From assembly GCF_044324785.1 (NCBI RefSeq), contig NZ_CP172127.1: a DNA stretch of 64,000 nt; one strand, written 5' to 3'. Origin of the DNA: Escherichia coli. Its GTDB lineage: Bacteria > Pseudomonadota > Gammaproteobacteria > Enterobacterales > Enterobacteriaceae. Within the stretch, counting starts at the first letter, position 1, and the number at the start of each line of letters is the position of its first letter. Of this stretch, positions 11,118 to 21,814 are shown piece after piece. A program made the position numbers and the translations under genes. The notes under the pieces were generated by a model, which saw nothing but the letters and a program-made list of their open reading frames with translations, was not told the origin of the DNA and searched no databases.

Positions 11118-12053
11118 ATGTCGCAAAATCAAGAAATTAGTAAGAAAGAACAATACAACCTGAACAAATTACAAAAACGTCTGCGTCGTAACGTGGGCGA
11201 AGCCATTGCTGACTTCAATATGATTGAAGAAGGCGATCGCATCATGGTTTGCCTCTCCGGGGGTAAAGACAGCTATACCATGCTGGAGATTCTGCGCAAT
11301 TTGCAGCAAAGCGCGCCAATCAATTTTTCGCTGGTGGCTGTTAACCTCGATCAAAAGCAACCGGGCTTCCCGGAACACGTTCTGCCCGAGTATCTTGAAA
11401 AGCTGGGCGTTGAGTACAAGATTGTTGAAGAGAACACTTACGGTATCGTGAAAGAGAAAATTCCAGAGGGCAAAACCACTTGCTCACTGTGTTCTCGCCT
11501 GCGTCGCGGTATCCTTTATCGTACCGCAACGGAACTAGGGGCGACGAAGATCGCACTGGGTCACCATCGTGACGATATCCTGCAAACGCTGTTCTTAAAT
11601 ATGTTCTACGGTGGCAAGATGAAAGGTATGCCTCCGAAACTGATGAGCGATGATGGCAAACATATCGTGATTCGTCCGCTGGCCTACTGCCGCGAGAAAG
11701 ATATTCAGCGCTTTGCCGATGCAAAAGCGTTCCCGATTATTCCGTGCAACCTGTGCGGTTCACAGCCTAACCTGCAACGTCAGGTAATTGCTGACATGTT
11801 GCGTGACTGGGATAAACGTTATCCGGGGCGTATCGAGACGATGTTCAGCGCAATGCAGAATGTGGTGCCGTCGCATCTGTGCGATACCAACCTGTTCGAT
11901 TTCAAAGGCATTACCCACGGTTCTGAAGTGGTTAACGGGGGTGATCTGGCGTTTGATCGCGAAGAGATCCCACTACAACCGGCGGGCTGGCAGCCAGAAG
12001 AAGATGAAAATCAGTTGGATGAGTTACGACTGAATGTGGTTGAAGTGAAATAA
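11118..12053 (+). CDS. ttcA: tRNA 2-thiocytidine(32) synthetase TtcA, intact (311 aa)
   Basis: 311 aa; PP-loop ATP pyrophosphatase motif SGGKDS; CxxC pairs (CSLC, CNLC). Confidence 0.9.
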   Translation: MSQNQEISKKEQYNLNKLQKRLRRNVGEAIADFNMIEEGDRIMVCLSGGKDSYTMLEILRNLQQSAPINFSLVAVNLDQKQPGFPEHVLPEYLEKLGVEYKIVEENTYGIVKEKIPEGKTTCSLCSRLRRGILYRTATELGATKIALGHHRDDILQTLFLNMFYGGKMKGMPPKLMSDDGKHIVIRPLAYCREKDIQRFADAKAFPIIPCNLCGSQPNLQRQVIADMLRDWDKRYPGRIETMFSAMQNVVPSHLCDTNLFDFKGITHGSEVVNGGDLAFDREEIPLQPAGWQPEEDENQLDELRLNVVEVK

Positions 12054-12100
12054 CCAGGATAGCGCCCGATGCGCAAGCGTATCGGGCTACTCTTATGGAG

Positions 12101-12133
12101 GCCGGATAAGACGCGGCCAGCGTCGCGTCCGGC
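12101..12133. repeat. REP/PU-like palindromic element in the ttcA-dbpA convergent spacer
   Basis: gccggataagacgcggccagcgtcgcgtccggc resembles the GCCGGATAAG...CCGGC REP family; a separate hairpin (gcccgat...atcgggc) lies at 12064-12087. Confidence 0.5.
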
Positions 12134-12181
12134 AATCCCGGAGAAGATGTTTACTCTTGCACCCTGCGATTCAACATTTCA

Positions 12182-13555
12182 TTATTTTAATAACCGCACC
12201 CGGCACGTTTTTCCTTTAATCTTCCCGCCCTGCAACTGTTTCCATGCTTTATGAGCAACAGCCTGACGCACCGCGACATAGACATGCGCCGGATGCACGG
12301 CGATTTTGCCAATATCTGCGCCATCAAGCCCGATATCTCCTGTCAGCGCACCTAATACATCACCCGGGCGCATTTTGGCTTTTTTCCCGCCATCGATACA
12401 TAACGTTGCCATTTCGGCTTCCAGCGGCACAATGGAACTATTAACTGGCGGCGTTTGCCAGTTAAGTTTTATCTGCAACATGTCAGAAATGATATTGGCC
12501 CGCTGTGCTTCTTCCGGGGCACAGAAACTGATCGCCAGACCGCTATTTCCTGCACGCGCTGTGCGACCGATGCGATGTACATGAACTTCAGGATCCCACG
12601 CCAGCTCAAAGTTCACCACCAGCTCAAGCGATTTAATATCCAGACCTCGCGCAGCAACATCAGTCGCAACCAGTACACGGGCGCTACCGTTAGCAAAACG
12701 TACCAGGGTCTGATCGCGATCGCGTTGCTCCAGATCGCCGTGTAACGACAATGCACTTTGCCCTACTTCATTCAGCGCGTCGCAGACAGCCTGGCAATCT
12801 TTTTTGGTATTGCAAAACACCACACAAGAGGATGGCTGATGCAAGCTTAATAACCGTTGCAACAGAGGAATTTTGCCTTTACTGGATGTCTCATAAAATT
12901 GTTGTTCAATGGGTGGCAAAGCATCTGTTGAGTCAATTTCAATCGCCAAAGGATCGCGTTGCACTCGTCCGCTGATTGCGGCGATGGCTTCCGGCCAGGT
13001 TGCCGAAAACAGAAGCGTCTGTCGAGATGCAGGCGCAAAACGGATGACATCATCAATGGCATCGCTAAATCCCATATCCAGCATGCGGTCGGCCTCATCC
13101 ATCACCAAAGTATTCAGCGCATCCAGTGATACCGTGCCTTTTTGCAAGTGATCCAGCAAACGACCCGGCGTTGCCACGATAATATGCGGCGCATGTTGCA
13201 ACGAATCACGCTGCAAACCGAACGGTTGACCACCGCACAACGTCAAAATTTTGGTATTTGGCAGAAAACGCGCCAACCGACGCAATTCACCTGCCACCTG
13301 ATCCGCCAGTTCACGCGTAGGACACAGCACTAAAGCCTGGGTTTGAAATAGCGACGCATCAATTTGCTGTAACAAGCCGAGGCCAAAAGCCGCCGTTTTG
13401 CCGCTGCCGGTTTTCGCCTGCACGCGAACATCTTTTCCGGCAAGGATCGCCGGAAGCGCGGCGGCCTGCACCGGCGTCATGGTTAAATAACCCAACTCAT
13501 TAAGGTTCGTGAGTTGGGCGGGAGGCAAAACATTCAGGGTAGAAAAAGCGGTCAC
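12182..13555 (-). CDS. dbpA: ATP-dependent DEAD-box RNA helicase DbpA (457 aa)
   Basis: 457 aa; Walker A AKTGSGKT, DEAD box VMDEADRML, SAT motif. Confidence 0.95.
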   Translation of the reverse strand: MTAFSTLNVLPPAQLTNLNELGYLTMTPVQAAALPAILAGKDVRVQAKTGSGKTAAFGLGLLQQIDASLFQTQALVLCPTRELADQVAGELRRLARFLPNTKILTLCGGQPFGLQRDSLQHAPHIIVATPGRLLDHLQKGTVSLDALNTLVMDEADRMLDMGFSDAIDDVIRFAPASRQTLLFSATWPEAIAAISGRVQRDPLAIEIDSTDALPPIEQQFYETSSKGKIPLLQRLLSLHQPSSCVVFCNTKKDCQAVCDALNEVGQSALSLHGDLEQRDRDQTLVRFANGSARVLVATDVAARGLDIKSLELVVNFELAWDPEVHVHRIGRTARAGNSGLAISFCAPEEAQRANIISDMLQIKLNWQTPPVNSSIVPLEAEMATLCIDGGKKAKMRPGDVLGALTGDIGLDGADIGKIAVHPAHVYVAVRQAVAHKAWKQLQGGKIKGKTCRVRLLK

Positions 13556-13584
13556 AATCTATTCTCGTGGTCATCGACGCAAAG

Positions 13585-13758
13585 TTAGCAGGCGCGTATC
13601 CTCGCAGATCTACGCTCACGATGCGACAATTTAATCGGTTCTTCATCGGGTGGTGGGTCAGGCATGGGTTGCGGGCGAGGGATTGGATCGGGCACAGGAA
13701 CAGGATCGCCAGGAATCGGTTCAGGGACAGGAATTTGCAAATAAATAAGTGTCGTCAT
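13585..13758 (-). CDS. candidate small proline-rich protein (57 aa), immediately upstream of dbpA
   Basis: ATG at 13758 preceded by GGAGGG 4 nt upstream; translation MTTLIYLQIPVPEPIPGDPVPVPDPIPRPQPMPDPPPDEEPIKLSHRERRSARIRAC; stop 29 nt before dbpA ATG; below the 60-aa cut-off of the ORF track. Confidence 0.4.
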   Translation of the reverse strand: MTTLIYLQIPVPEPIPGDPVPVPDPIPRPQPMPDPPPDEEPIKLSHRERRSARIRAC

Positions 13759-13815
13759 ATTTCCCTCCGGTCATTGGGTGGACTCTTAAAGGGTAGACGC
13801 TGATAAATAACAGGC

Positions 13816-13937
13816 AAAAAAAAGCCGACTCATCAAAGTCGGCGTCGTACGAATCAATTGTGCTATGCAGTAATTCAAAAAAGGAAGTAAGACAATATGG
13901 AGCGCAACGCCCATCGCTTGACGTTGCATTCACCTGC
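13816..13937 (-). ncRNA. fnrS: FnrS small RNA (about 122 nt), FNR-activated anaerobic sRNA
   Basis: Minus-strand GCAGGTGAATGCAACGTCAAGCGATGGGCGTTGCGCTCC...GCCGACTTTGATGAGTCGGC plus U8 matches FnrS as I recall it. Confidence 0.85.
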
Positions 13938-13972
13938 AAGGGAGATATTGCCCTGAATGGGTAGAGAGTTTA

Positions 13973-13986
13973 TTGACTTCGCTCAA
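13973..13986 (-). promoter_or_regulatory. FNR binding site upstream of fnrS
   Basis: TTGACttcgCTCAA, centred about 42 bp upstream of the inferred FnrS 5' end. Confidence 0.7.
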
Positions 13987-14032
13987 ACTTTGCGGCGTTT
14001 TTGTATACAGACAGCCGGAAAAATTGCTTTTG

Positions 14033-15037
<1,005 letters not shown>

Positions 15038-15270
15038 TTATTTTGTAGTCTAGCCTTCTGGCCCTGTTACGCAACATCTCATCACCCCATTACCCTGAAA
15101 TGATTAATAAAATTCTGTCTAAATTGAATACAAAAAGCAAAATGCTTTTCCATATACAAACCGTGTGAAGTGTTAAATAGCGTCTATCATTATCAGAATT
15201 ATCTGATCATATGACGTGGCTTTTTTGCGATCGGATAGCAACAAAAATTGATAAAAATAATGGGATCTCA

Positions 15271-16503
15271 ATGATTACGCACAACTTCAATACCCTGGAC
15301 TTACTCACCAGTCCTGTCTGGATCGTTTCGCCCTTTGAGGAACAGTTAATTTATGCCAATAGCGCGGCGCGACTGTTGATGCAAGACCTCACGTTTAGTC
15401 AGCTACGAACCGGTCCCTATTCCGTCTCCTCACAAAAAGAACTGCCAAAATACCTCTCCGATCTGCAAAACCAACACGATATTATCGAAATCCTCACCGT
15501 TCAGCGCAATGAAGAGGAAACAGCATTGAGCTGTCGGCTTGTTTTGCGAAAGCTGACAGAAGCAGAACCGGTGATTATTTTCGAAGGTATCGAAGCACCG
15601 GCAACGCTGGGTTTAAAAGCCAGTCGCTCGGCAAATTATCAGCGCAAAAAACAAGGTTTTTATGCGCGCTTTTTTCTGACTAACTCTGCACCAATGTTGT
15701 TGATTGACCCGTCACGAGATGGACAAATCGTCGATGCTAACCTCGCCGCGCTCAATTTCTATGGTTATAACCATGAAACGATGTGCCAGAAACATACCTG
15801 GGAAATAAATATGCTCGGGCGTCGCGTCATGCCTATCATGCATGAAATCTCGCATTTACCCGGTGGTCATAAGCCTTTGAATTTTATTCATAGGCTGGCG
15901 GATGGTTCGACTCGTCATGTGCAGACCTATGCCGGTCCGATTGAAATTTATGGCGACAAGCTCATGTTATGTATTGTGCATGATATTACTGAGCAAAAAC
16001 GGCTGGAGGAGCAGCTGGAACATGCTGCCCACCATGACGCGATGACAGGATTACTGAATCGGCGACAGTTTTATCACATTACCGAGCCAGGCCAAATGCA
16101 GCACCTCGCCATCGCCCAGGATTACAGCTTGTTGCTCATCGACACCGATCGTTTTAAACACATTAACGATCTCTATGGGCATTCTAAAGGTGATGAGGTG
16201 TTATGCGCCCTCGCCCGCACTCTCGAAAGTTGCGCTCGCAAAGGCGATTTGGTGTTTCGTTGGGGAGGCGAAGAGTTTGTCTTATTGCTACCAAGAACCC
16301 CACTGGATACCGCGCTTTCGCTGGCTGAAACTATCCGCGTAAGCGTGACAAAAGTGAGTATTTCGGGCTTACCACGCTTTACCGTCAGCATTGGTGTGGC
16401 GCATCACGAAGGAAATGAAAGCATCGATGAACTGTTTAAACGCGTTGATGATGCTTTGTATCGGGCGAAAAATGATGGACGCAACCGCGTGCTGGCGGCA
16501 TAA
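15271..16503 (+). CDS. dgcM: PAS-GGDEF diguanylate cyclase DgcM/YdaM (410 aa)
   Basis: ORF track 15211..16503; start set at MITHNFNTLD; GGDEF active-site motif RWGGEEF. Confidence 0.9.
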   Translation: MITHNFNTLDLLTSPVWIVSPFEEQLIYANSAARLLMQDLTFSQLRTGPYSVSSQKELPKYLSDLQNQHDIIEILTVQRNEEETALSCRLVLRKLTEAEPVIIFEGIEAPATLGLKASRSANYQRKKQGFYARFFLTNSAPMLLIDPSRDGQIVDANLAALNFYGYNHETMCQKHTWEINMLGRRVMPIMHEISHLPGGHKPLNFIHRLADGSTRHVQTYAGPIEIYGDKLMLCIVHDITEQKRLEEQLEHAAHHDAMTGLLNRRQFYHITEPGQMQHLAIAQDYSLLLIDTDRFKHINDLYGHSKGDEVLCALARTLESCARKGDLVFRWGGEEFVLLLPRTPLDTALSLAETIRVSVTKVSISGLPRFTVSIGVAHHEGNESIDELFKRVDDALYRAKNDGRNRVLAA

Positions 16504-16523
16504 GCCGCGGATGCGTCTCGAGA

Positions 16524-17087
16524 TCAACGACTGCGCTTAGCGTGGCGCTCCCAGTTTTCTTGCTTCGCCTGCGCCGTTTTACGTAGTGCGACGTAACACG
16601 CCCCGCTGCCGCCATGATGCGGTAGCGCGGTGCAATATGCCTGAACATCATCAAATTCGGTCAGCCAGCGCGCCACATAGCTGCGGACAATATTGGCATG
16701 CGATTTATCATCCCGCCCTTTACCATGAATAATCAGCACGTTACGCAAACCATCCGCCAGGGCTTGTTGAATAAAACTGAACACCATTTTGCGGCACTCT
16801 TCCACCGGCTGGCGCAAAAGATTCAGGCTCGCCTGTTGCGGATATTTACCACTGCGCAGCTTATCCAGCACCCCATGTTGCAACCCTTCCCGCCGAAACT
16901 CCAGCGGCTGACTTAGTGGGATGATGTCGAGAAATCCGGTGGTGAGGAAATTATCAAGCTGCAGCGTGTCGATACGCTGCGGCGCACGTTGGTTACGCGT
17001 TGGATGCCAGTGGACATCGGTAGCACGTTTCAGCGGCTGGACATCTTCCATGGCGTCAAGAAACAGCGATTTGTCGTCAAGGTTCAT
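16524..17087 (-). CDS. smrA: Smr-domain DNA endonuclease SmrA/YdaL (187 aa)
   Basis: 187-aa ORF; length and position match YdaL. Confidence 0.85.
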   Translation of the reverse strand: MNLDDKSLFLDAMEDVQPLKRATDVHWHPTRNQRAPQRIDTLQLDNFLTTGFLDIIPLSQPLEFRREGLQHGVLDKLRSGKYPQQASLNLLRQPVEECRKMVFSFIQQALADGLRNVLIIHGKGRDDKSHANIVRSYVARWLTEFDDVQAYCTALPHHGGSGACYVALRKTAQAKQENWERHAKRSR

Positions 17088-17281
17088 GTAACCTCCTATG
17101 CACCTTCACACGTCGTGATTCAGACGGGTTAATTGTTCATACTTACTGCATCGTTCCCTTCACAGATTGAAACAATACTCTACTTCATACCTGTGAGTAT
17201 CTGCGCAGGCGGGGCATTTTATACTAGCCTGTTAGCAGTATCGAACAGTTTAGCCCGAGTTTAATTCAGCACAGGCTCCGA

Positions 17282-18796
17282 TCAGGATGATTTATTCATA
17301 GCAGGAACCAACAAAAATGCGATAAATAACAGACCACTGATTAGCAGAAAGGTATCCGAAAATGCCATAGTTTGCGCCTCCCTCAGCATCAATTGACTTA
17401 ATAATTTGGTTGAAGCCAGTATTTCCGATGTCTGGTCACTTCCACTGCGATTAAAAAACAAAGCACTTCTGGAAATGAAGTCATTCACCGTATGGGGAAC
17501 AGAAACCATTTTTTCACCCATTCTCGAAAAATGAAAATTAGTTCGATTATTGAGAATAGAGCCACACAGGGCAATACCAATCGCGCCCCCAAGATTACGT
17601 GTTAAATTAAATACACCAGAGGCTAACTTCAGCCGTTCTTTTGGAATTCCCCCCAGCGTTAATGTTACGATGGGGGCCATCGCAAACTGCTGCGAAATCC
17701 CTCTAATTGCCTGTGGAAACAGTAACTCCTGCCATCCCCATTCGTGGGTTATCGGGGTAAAAAGATACATTGAAAACACAAATCCACCCAGCCCCGCCAT
17801 CAACAGCCATCGCAGATTTATTTTTTTACTTAACCAGAAGTAAAAGGGAACAGAAAATAACTGGAAAATACCTGTTGTGCAAACGGCAAAACCTATCTCT
17901 TCGGCATTTAATCCGCGAACCTGCCCCAAAAACACAGGTATTAAATATACAGTAGAGAATATCCCAACCCCTCCAGAAAAAGAAAAAAAACATCCCAGCG
18001 TGAAATTTTTATCCTTAAAAGCATGAAGATCCATTATCGGATTGGATATTGTAAGTGTACGCACAGCAAATAAAATAAAACTCACCAATGCCAGAACTGA
18101 TGTCAGCAAAATAGTATTATCATCCAGCCATCCCCAGCGCGCTCCTTCTTCAACGGTATATTCCAGACATCCCAGTGTCATGGCCAACAGGATAATACTC
18201 GGATAATCAGCAACTTTCAGTAAAGAGAGATCAGGTTTATCAAAATTAACCAGAAAAGGAATACTCAAAACTAAATATATGCCAGGTAATATATTGATAT
18301 AAAATAGCCATCGCCAGTCGAGATTATCAGTGATCCAGCCCCCCAGAGTTGGCCCTAGCGTCGGTGACAGTGAGGCCAGCGCACTGACTACCGCAGCAGC
18401 CAACCCCAGCTCTTTACCCTGGTAATAAATAAACGCCGTCGTGAAAACTAAAGGGATCATGGATGCGCCAGCCGCTCCCTGTAAAGCACGAAACAAAATC
18501 ATGATCTGAATATTCCATGCAAGTCCACACGCGATACTCATTAAAGTAAATATTCCCGCGGATAGAGTAAAAAGCCAACGAGTGGAAAATACCCGTGACA
18601 GCCACCCAGAGAGCGGAATAACAATAATCTCAGCAATTAAATAGCTGGTCTGAAGCCAGGCCATTTCGTCTTTACCTGCGGACAGACCACCACCTATTTC
18701 ATTTAGGGATGACGATACAATTTGAATATCAAGCTGAGCAATAAATAATCCCATACACATACTGGCGAAAGCAATATGTTTACGCATAGACATCAT
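17282..18796 (-). CDS. MFS transporter, EmrB/QacA-like multidrug-efflux type (504 aa)
   Basis: 504 aa, highly hydrophobic with many predicted TM segments; start overlaps upstream MFP stop by 4 nt (ATGA). Confidence 0.8.
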   Translation of the reverse strand: MMSMRKHIAFASMCMGLFIAQLDIQIVSSSLNEIGGGLSAGKDEMAWLQTSYLIAEIIVIPLSGWLSRVFSTRWLFTLSAGIFTLMSIACGLAWNIQIMILFRALQGAAGASMIPLVFTTAFIYYQGKELGLAAAVVSALASLSPTLGPTLGGWITDNLDWRWLFYINILPGIYLVLSIPFLVNFDKPDLSLLKVADYPSIILLAMTLGCLEYTVEEGARWGWLDDNTILLTSVLALVSFILFAVRTLTISNPIMDLHAFKDKNFTLGCFFSFSGGVGIFSTVYLIPVFLGQVRGLNAEEIGFAVCTTGIFQLFSVPFYFWLSKKINLRWLLMAGLGGFVFSMYLFTPITHEWGWQELLFPQAIRGISQQFAMAPIVTLTLGGIPKERLKLASGVFNLTRNLGGAIGIALCGSILNNRTNFHFSRMGEKMVSVPHTVNDFISRSALFFNRSGSDQTSEILASTKLLSQLMLREAQTMAFSDTFLLISGLLFIAFLLVPAMNKSS

Positions 18797-19824
18797 CTCT
18801 CATCAACACTGACGGTGACGGACAGTCCCGGGCGAAGAAGTTGCTTTAATTCCTTTGCGTCGTCAAATGCAATCCGTACCGGGACACGCTGAACAATTTT
18901 GGTGAAATTGCCAGTGGCATTTTCTATCGGAATCAAGCTGAAACTGGCTCCTGTCGCTGGGGAAAGGCTTTCAATGTGACCGTGAAACACTTCCCCTTTG
19001 AGAATATCAGCACGGATCTCAGCCTTCATTCCTGGCTTCATTCCCGCTATTTGGTTTTCTTTATAATTTGCATCAACCCACAACTCACTGACTGGTACTA
19101 GTGAAACTAACGATGTGCCGCCTTCCACCCAACTGCCTGTATGGGCGCTGCGGTTTGCGACAATGCCATCAATCGGCGCACGAACAAGGGTATATTCCAG
19201 ATCCAGTAGTGCCTGAGTCAAAGCGGCCTGAACTTCTTCGATACTTGCACGTACGTTTTCTTCCTGAGCAGATAAAACTGCCAGCCGTTGCTTCTCCACC
19301 ATGAAATCGTTCGCGGCTTTGCGCTCCTTTGCTGCGACCTGCTGGTAGTCAAACCTGGCGTTATCAATAATTTGTTGCGATATTGCCGCTGATTGTGCGA
19401 GTTTTTCATAACGTTCAGTATCTCGCAGGCGCTTTTGCTCCTCATGTTTTACTGCCTGCCATGTTTCACTGGCACTTTGAATTATCGACTGCTGCATCGC
19501 AATAGTGGCTTGAATGCTTTCGAGATTGGCTTTGCTACTTTTTATTTTTGCCTCAAGCCTGGCGACATTTGCACGATAATCCCGATCATCGAGACGCAGG
19601 ATAATATCGCCTTTTTTTACGCTCTGATTATCGCGCACCTCTATAGCAGAAATATAACCAGAAACTTTACTTGCCACCGTGGTGATATTACCACCAATGT
19701 AAGCATCATCCGTCGTCTGTATAAATCTTCCTTTGCTTACCCACCAGATAAAAAAGACAACGCCAGCCAAAATAATACCGATCGCTACCACCCCAATAAG
19801 CTGTTTTTTAGAAATTATCATCAC
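18793..19824 (-). CDS. HlyD/EmrA-family membrane fusion protein (343 aa)
   Basis: N-terminal TM anchor (VVAIGIILAGVVFFIWW), long coiled-coil region, C-terminal beta-barrel segment typical of MFPs. Confidence 0.8.
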   Translation of the reverse strand: MMIISKKQLIGVVAIGIILAGVVFFIWWVSKGRFIQTTDDAYIGGNITTVASKVSGYISAIEVRDNQSVKKGDIILRLDDRDYRANVARLEAKIKSSKANLESIQATIAMQQSIIQSASETWQAVKHEEQKRLRDTERYEKLAQSAAISQQIIDNARFDYQQVAAKERKAANDFMVEKQRLAVLSAQEENVRASIEEVQAALTQALLDLEYTLVRAPIDGIVANRSAHTGSWVEGGTSLVSLVPVSELWVDANYKENQIAGMKPGMKAEIRADILKGEVFHGHIESLSPATGASFSLIPIENATGNFTKIVQRVPVRIAFDDAKELKQLLRPGLSVTVSVDER

Positions 19825-19917
19825 TCTTTACACCGTATATATCCGGAAACTTGCATTCGTCATATTTAAAATTTAACATGGCTTATTTGATGATTTCTGA
19901 CAAAATACCTACTGTAA

Positions 19918-20733
19918 ATGACAATCACACTGCAACCCAAAGCATCACCAGGGCATCACATTATCGGACTGGATTCGGAACATCTGAATGGAGGCACAGT
20001 TCCCTGGCATAAACATCTCTATGCCCAGTTGCTTTACCCGGCTGAAGGAGTCGTTCGTGTATGGGCTGGAGAAAGCGTCTGGCTAGTCCATGCCAGCAGC
20101 GCGCTTTGGCTGCCCCCACAAATGCCGCATAAGTTTGTTGCGACAGGCAACGTACTTTTAAAAACCGTACTGGTTTCAGAAGCGGAAAGTGAAACGCTGG
20201 GAAAAGTTTGCTTCATGACGGGTATTTCACCCCTGTTAAGAGAATTACTAATTGCAATTAACCAACTTCCACCGTCGCAAAGTACCACAGATAAACAACA
20301 GTTACGTTTTTCAGCCCTCGAGACACTGATACTTCAGGAAATAAAAATGGGGGTGAAAATGTCACTTGAACTCCCTTGGCCAAATGATGAGCGGCTACAG
20401 CAGCTTTGTGAGAATTTGCTAAACAACCAAGGGTATCTACCAACACTGGATAATCTAGCGGATAAAATTAACGTCAGTAGCCGTACACTCATGCGCTTAT
20501 TTGTTAAAGAGACGGGATTAACATTTCGCCACTGGGTTCAGCAAATGCACGTTATTTCTGCAGTGACGCTTCTTGATGATGGATATTCGTTGACCAAAAT
20601 TGCCCATCGTCTGGGCTATGCCTCAGCTGAATCGTTCGGCAATATGTTTAAGCGTCGAACGGGCTACTCGCCCGGTAAATTTACTCGTCGATTAACGATG
20701 CATGATTATGCAATCACAAGACAAATGATTTAA
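19918..20733 (+). CDS. AraC/XylS-family transcriptional regulator with N-terminal cupin-like domain (271 aa)
   Basis: C-terminal double HTH (KIAHRLGYASAESFGNMFKRRTGYSPGKF); divergent from the MFP-MFS operon. Confidence 0.8.
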   Translation: MTITLQPKASPGHHIIGLDSEHLNGGTVPWHKHLYAQLLYPAEGVVRVWAGESVWLVHASSALWLPPQMPHKFVATGNVLLKTVLVSEAESETLGKVCFMTGISPLLRELLIAINQLPPSQSTTDKQQLRFSALETLILQEIKMGVKMSLELPWPNDERLQQLCENLLNNQGYLPTLDNLADKINVSSRTLMRLFVKETGLTFRHWVQQMHVISAVTLLDDGYSLTKIAHRLGYASAESFGNMFKRRTGYSPGKFTRRLTMHDYAITRQMI

Positions 20734-20803
20734 CTTATATTTTCGTGAAATCTGTCACTGAAGAAAATTGGCAACGGATGGGTAAAACCGTTATAACACT
20801 GTC

Positions 20804-20897
20804 ACCGGTCACCAGGACCCCAGGCCGGATTTAAGACGAGGATGCACTGCTGTGTGTACTGTAGAGTCTGGCGGATGTCGACAGACTCTATTTTTTT
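20804..20897 (+). ncRNA. mcaS: McaS (IsrA) small RNA
   Basis: ACCGGTCACCAGGACCCCAGGCCGGATTTAAGACGAGGATGCACTGCTGTGTGTACTGTAGAGTCTGGCGGATGTCGACAGACTCTATTTTTTT; GGA motifs plus terminal hairpin and U-run; -35/-10 candidates ttggca/tataac upstream. Confidence 0.8.
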
Positions 20898-20905
20898 ATG
20901 CAGTT

Positions 20906-21814
20906 TTAACTTTGCAGATAGCCGCATTCTCGCCGAAATTGCGTGATTAATGACGCGGTCAGTGGTGTCTGGCGACTATCACGCCGCTGAATCAAATAAT
21001 AGGTCGCTTTCGGTAAAATTTCGCTAACCGGCAACATCACCAGCCCCTGTCCGTGCAAGGGATCGCAGCCCATTTCTTCAGGTAGTATGCTGAGAAAATC
21101 GCTTTTTGCCACCAGACTGATACAGGCTGAGAACGTCTCGCAGACTACGCCGACCTGTGGCGTTTGCGCCTGATCGTCAAGCAATTCACTCAAGTGTTTG
21201 TAGTAGCTGCCGTGTGGCGTCGGCATTGTCCAGCTGTAGTCCAGTAACTGTTTGATCGAACGGGCACCAATGGCGGGATGTCCCGGGCGGCAAAAGATCG
21301 CGAATTGTTTTTCCAGTAATTTCTCAAAAGTAAATTCGTGGTCGTAGGGTCCCTGATAATAGGTATTGATGGTGAAATCCAGTTCCCCCTGGCGCAATTC
21401 ATTAATCATCGATACCAGTTGCCCTTCCATAATGCGTACTTTTACCTGCGGATGCTGCTGATGAAAACGAGATATGACAGCTGGCATCAGACTGCGGGAA
21501 ATACTGGCCCCCATGCCGATATTAATTTGCCCTGCCAGTTGCCCTTGTCGTTGGCGAATATCCTCTTGCGCTGCGCGCAGCTCTTCAAGAATAAGACTGG
21601 CGTGCTGATAAAAACTTTCACCGGCATCAGTTAACGTCACGCCTTTACTACGGCGAAAAAAGAGTTGTGCCGCCAACCCTTCTTCCAGCTCCTGAATAGA
21701 TTTACTCAGTGCCGGTTGCGACATATTCAACATTCGGCTCGCTCCGCGAATGCTGCCCTGACGAGCCACTTCAACAAAAGCCCGAATTTGATGAATTTTT
21801 ACCTGAAAAGCCAT
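20906..21814 (-). CDS. abgR: LysR-family regulator AbgR (302 aa)
   Basis: 302 aa; N-terminal LysR HTH; divergent from abgABT. Confidence 0.9.
   Translation of the reverse strand: MAFQVKIHQIRAFVEVARQGSIRGASRMLNMSQPALSKSIQELEEGLAAQLFFRRSKGVTLTDAGESFYQHASLILEELRAAQEDIRQRQGQLAGQINIGMGASISRSLMPAVISRFHQQHPQVKVRIMEGQLVSMINELRQGELDFTINTYYQGPYDHEFTFEKLLEKQFAIFCRPGHPAIGARSIKQLLDYSWTMPTPHGSYYKHLSELLDDQAQTPQVGVVCETFSACISLVAKSDFLSILPEEMGCDPLHGQGLVMLPVSEILPKATYYLIQRRDSRQTPLTASLITQFRRECGYLQS

Noticed and set aside
13567-13803. 78-aa plus-strand ORF opposite the proline-rich small ORF
   Set aside because: No Shine-Dalgarno, antisense to a better-supported ORF, arginine-rich low-complexity translation typical of a spurious frame
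13721-13939. 72-aa minus-strand ORF in the six-frame track
   Set aside because: Coincides with the FnrS sRNA and its terminator; no RBS; sRNA assignment preferred
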